A stretch of DNA of 64,000 nt. It comes from Heteronotia binoei. Its lineage: Eukaryota. The notes under the pieces were generated by a model, which was given only the letters and a program-made list of their open reading frames with translations, had not been told where the DNA came from and did no database searches. The stretch is taken from contig NC_083230.1 of NCBI RefSeq assembly GCF_032191835.1, forward strand, positions 99,138,001-99,202,000, written 5' to 3'. Shown piece after piece: positions 60,599 to 64,000 of the stretch (position 1 is the stretch's first letter; each line of letters starts with the position of its first letter). Position numbers and translations under genes: made by a program.

Positions 60599-62013
60599 TA
60601 TTATTACTTTATTTTTTTATTTTGTACACTTATAGTCTGCCCTTTCCCATAAGGGCTCAGGGCAGATTCCAACATGCTAAAACAGTAAAATCAACAATAA
60701 AACATCAGAATAGTTAAAACAATTAAGCCAATAAATTAAAATTAATTATTTAAGTTGGCATGAGCACATGGGGTGTAATTATCATGGGCAGCCTTAAGTT
60801 GCCCGAAGATGTCAGCAGTATTGACACCAGTTGAAATGGCAGTCATTGCTGTTAGATGGAATAATAGGAGGATGAGGATGTCCACTTGCCTCAACCATAG
60901 ACTTGGCGGAACAGCTCCATTTTGCAAGCCCTCCAGAATGGTAACAAATCCAGAAGGGCCCAAATCTCTGTAAATGATTCCACCAGGTCTGGGCCAGAGC
61001 CAAAAAAGCCCTGGCCCTGGTCAAGGCAAGCCAGATGTCCTTTGGGCCTGGGATGGTCAGAAGATGTTGGCCGGTTGATCATAATGGCCTTCGGGGCTCA
61101 TATAGGGAGAGACAGTCCCACAGGTATGCTGGTCCCAGGCCACGCAAGGCTTTAAACGACAATACTAAAACCTTGAAGCGGATCCGGTACTCAAATGGTA
61201 GCCAGTGCAGACTGCGCAGCACTGGCCGACTGCTTGCCCATACAGGCAATTCAGTTAGCAATCGTGCTGCTGCATTCTGAACCAGCTGGAGTTTCCGGAG
61301 CAGTCTCAAGGGCAAGCCTGCGTAGAGCAAGTTACAGTAGTCCAACCTGGAAGTGACTGTTGCATGGATCACTGTAGCTAAGTCCCGAGAAGCCAGATAG
61401 GGTTCTAGTTGTTTGACCTGCCGAAGATGGTAAAAAGCAGATAATGCAACAGCTGTGACCTGGGCCTCCATAGAAAGGGTGGGATCCAGTATCACACCCA
61501 GACTCCTCATCTTCTGAGCTGGCACAAGAGGTGTGCCATCCAGGGTGGGGAGCCGGATGCCCAATCTTGCCCCCCCCCCCGCAACTCAGGTACTCATCTT
61601 AGTTGGATTAAGCTTCAGTCGGCTCAGCTGTAGCCAACCGGCCACTGCTTCCAGTGCCCCAGTCAGATGGTCTGGGGCAGAGTCTGACTAGCCATCCATC
61701 ATCAGATAGAGCTGGGTGTCATCTGCATATTTGTGACAACCCAGCCCAAAACCTCTGGCAATCTGCGCAAGGGGGCACATGTAGATGTTAAACATCATTG
61801 GCGAGAGAATAGCTCCCTGCAGTACACCACATTCTAGTGGATAATGCAGGGAGGTCTGTTTGCCAATTGCCACCCTTTGTCCCCGACCATGGAGGAAGGA
61901 GGTAAACCACTGTAAGGCTATCCCCTGAACTCCAATGTCAGCAAGGTGGTGGGTCATTAGATCATAATCGATTGTATCAAACGCTGCTGAAAGATCTAAA
62001 AGCAATAGCAGCA
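60598..62013 (-). mobile_element. L2-clade LINE, RT domain and 3' end, running into the gap
   Basis: LLDLSAAFDTID, GVLQGAILSP, YADDTQLY, SRLDYCN, LQLVQNAAARLL and LHWLP motifs. Confidence 0.95.
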
Positions 62014-62230
62014 NNNNNNNNNNNNNNNNNNNNNNNNNNNNNNNNNNNNNNNNNNNNNNNNNNNNNNNNNNNNNNNNNNNNNNNNNNNNNNNNNNNNNNN
62101 NNNNNNNNNNNNNNNNNNNNNNNNNNNNNNNNNNNNNNNNNNNNNNNNNNNNNNNNNNNNNNNNNNNNNNNNNNNNNNNNNNNNNNNNNNNNNNNNNNNN
62201 NNNNNNNNNNNNNNNNNNNNNNNNNNNNNN
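62014..62230. other. Assembly gap (217 N)
   Basis: Run of n. ORFs crossing it are artefacts. Confidence 1.
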
Positions 62231-62481
62231 CTCCACTCCAAATTTCAGAGTCTCAGAGCGGCTCACAATCTCCTTTATCTTCCTCCCTCACAACAGACAC
62301 CCTGTGAAGTGGGTGGGGCTGAGAGGGCTCTCACAGCAGCTGCCCTTTCAAGGACAATCTCTCCCAGAGTGATGGCTGACCCAAGGCCATTCCAGCAGGT
62401 GCAAGTGGAGGAGTGGGGAATCAAACCTGGTTCTCCCAGATAAGAGTCCGCACACTTAACCATTACACCAAACTGGCTCTC
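62231..62481 (-). mobile_element. Squam3-like SINE
   Basis: Reverse complement of the 36660/42857 family. The tail is lost in the gap. Confidence 0.9.
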
Positions 62482-63081
62482 ACCATAAGCCCATTATGGT
62501 GAGTCTTCTCCTCTGCTGCCAACAGGAACATCTCTCTGCCCCAGAGAAGCCTGCCTAGGAGTTACTGGGGAAAGCCTACATTCCTCAGGATCCCCTCTGT
62601 CGCTCTGATTGGGTGGCAAGGTTTTGGAGGAAAATGAGCCCAAAGATGGGTGGGGTCTGGGAGGAGAGCATGAAAAGGGGCAAGCAGAGACAGGGTGTGT
62701 TCTTTCCTGGAGAAGTTGCAGGCAGAGAAGGAGGGCTCTCTGAAACAGGCAGCAGGAAAAGATCCCTTACCCAAGAGGGTAAGTTTTGGTATTAGAATAG
62801 GGACTGTATAGCTAAACACGTCAGGACTTTTGCTTATTTGCACCAACCTTTCCTGTTTCATATTCTTTAGCACTAAATCGTTATCACCCACTTATTATTT
62901 GAGTACTGTAAATAAACTGTTGTTATACTGCCTGTGTTCTCATGTCTCCTCGGTCACAGTTAAGAGGTATATATTAATAAGGAAGACAAGGGTGGTTGGG
63001 TACTCTGGGCCCTCGCATGCAGACCCTTACCAGAGTGATGGTAGCCAGTAGAAGGCCCTGCTAGGGCCCTGCTGTGTGACA
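62482..63081 (+). mobile_element. LTR-like sequence with unresolved 5' end
   Basis: CTGATTGG, purine-rich block, AATAAACTGTTG at about 62911, and a GTGTGACA 3' end. No TSD established. Confidence 0.45.
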
Positions 63082-63109
63082 CAGCCTTTCAATCATGTCC
63101 CCCCTCAAC

Positions 63110-63428
63110 CTCCTCGTGGGCAAGAACTCATGGGCATTCGATGAAATTGCTGAGCAGACAGGTTAAAACGGATAAAAGGAAGTACTTCTTCACCCAAAGG
63201 GTGATTAACATGTGGAATTCACTGCAACAGGAGGTGGTGGCGGCCACAAGCATAGTCACCTTCAAGAGGGGTTCAGATAAAAATATGGAGCACAGGTCCA
63301 TCAGTGGCTATTAGCCACAGTGTGTGTGTGTGTGTGTGTATAAAATTCTGCCACTGTGTGACACAGAGTGTTGGACTGGATGAGCCATTGGCCTGATCTA
63401 ACATGGCTTCTCTTATGTTCTTATGTTC
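63110..63428 (+). mobile_element. CR1 3' end, same subfamily as 23697-25437
   Basis: Highly similar to the reverse complement of 23700-24000. Ends (TCTTATGT)n. Confidence 0.92.
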
Positions 63429-63499
63429 TCCTCCTCTCCAGACTGAGCATTCCCAGGTCTCTCAGCCTTTCCTAATAGGGATTGGTCTCAGACCCGTAG

Positions 63500-64000
63500 C
63501 TATGAGGGGGCCTGTGGGGGCACAGCCCCCCCCCCCAACTTCTGGAAGAGGCGCCATGACTCTGGGGCCCCAACCAGCTAGGCTTCCCAAACCCCCCGCC
63601 CTGCCGGGGGACCCCTAAATTAGCAGCCTCCTCCCCCGCTCTCCAAAAATCCGGAAGCGGGGGGGGGGAACGGTGCCGTGTCTCTTTCCCTGCCTCCCTC
63701 GCAGGCTTCAGGCTCCTCCCTTCCTCCGAGTCACAAAGACCCGCCCACCGCCAGCCTGCTATTCGCTCCAGTCCAGCCTCCCTTCGCAAGGTGCATGCTG
63801 GGATTCGTAGTCCTTGCGTCCTCTCCGGCTGCCGGGTGGCTCCGCCCCCAGAGGACCATGTGCGTTTCTAACTCCAGAGGTTTCAGTCGCTGATTGAAAG
63901 GCTTCCTCTTGGGATGGTGTGTCTGTGTTACTTTGAAGAAGTTGGCAGCAACTTGTGAGTAGAGAGGCCAATCCCCCTTCAGAGTCGCCAGAAATGGGGG
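63500..64000. mobile_element. Part of a long hAT-type element related to 50729-51392, cut by the window edge
   Basis: 63895-64000 is the reverse complement of about 51150-51250. Confidence 0.7.

Noticed and set aside
61688-62307. ORFs spanning the N run
   Set aside because: Artefacts of translating across the gap. Only the L2 RT part left of 62014 is real.

Overview
This is vertebrate nuclear DNA, most likely from a squamate reptile and probably a gecko. That is inferred from the repeat content: Squam3-like CORE SINEs, Sauria and 5S-derived SINEs, CR1, L2, L1, Penelope termini and many hAT-type and Harbinger-type MITEs. The only recognisable protein homologies are decayed retrotransposon ORFs: CR1 ORF2 (23.7-25.4 kb, -), L1 ORF1/ORF2 (37.0-40.9 kb, +) and L2 RT pieces (52.5-53.5, 56.8-57.6, 60.6-62.0 kb). 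The rest of the ORF track looks like chance ORFs. About 7.9-11.3 kb looks like the last exon and long 3' UTR of an unidentified + strand host gene, followed by repeat-poor, enhancer-like blocks. An assembly gap sits at 62014-62230. I cannot establish a new biological system from this window. The best leads are: (i) a solo LTR with a 72-codon acidic/Pro-rich then Arg-rich ORF whose internal duplications differ at synonymous sites; (ii) minimal hammerhead ribozyme motifs in Penelope termini, one embedded in a long hairpin; (iii) three solo LTRs with clean 5-bp TSDs, each nested in an older element; (iv) a CpG-rich 1.26-kb Harbinger-like element; (v) a homotypic Cdx/posterior-Hox site cluster. 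Family names come from recalled consensus sequences and TSD/terminus rules, not database searches.
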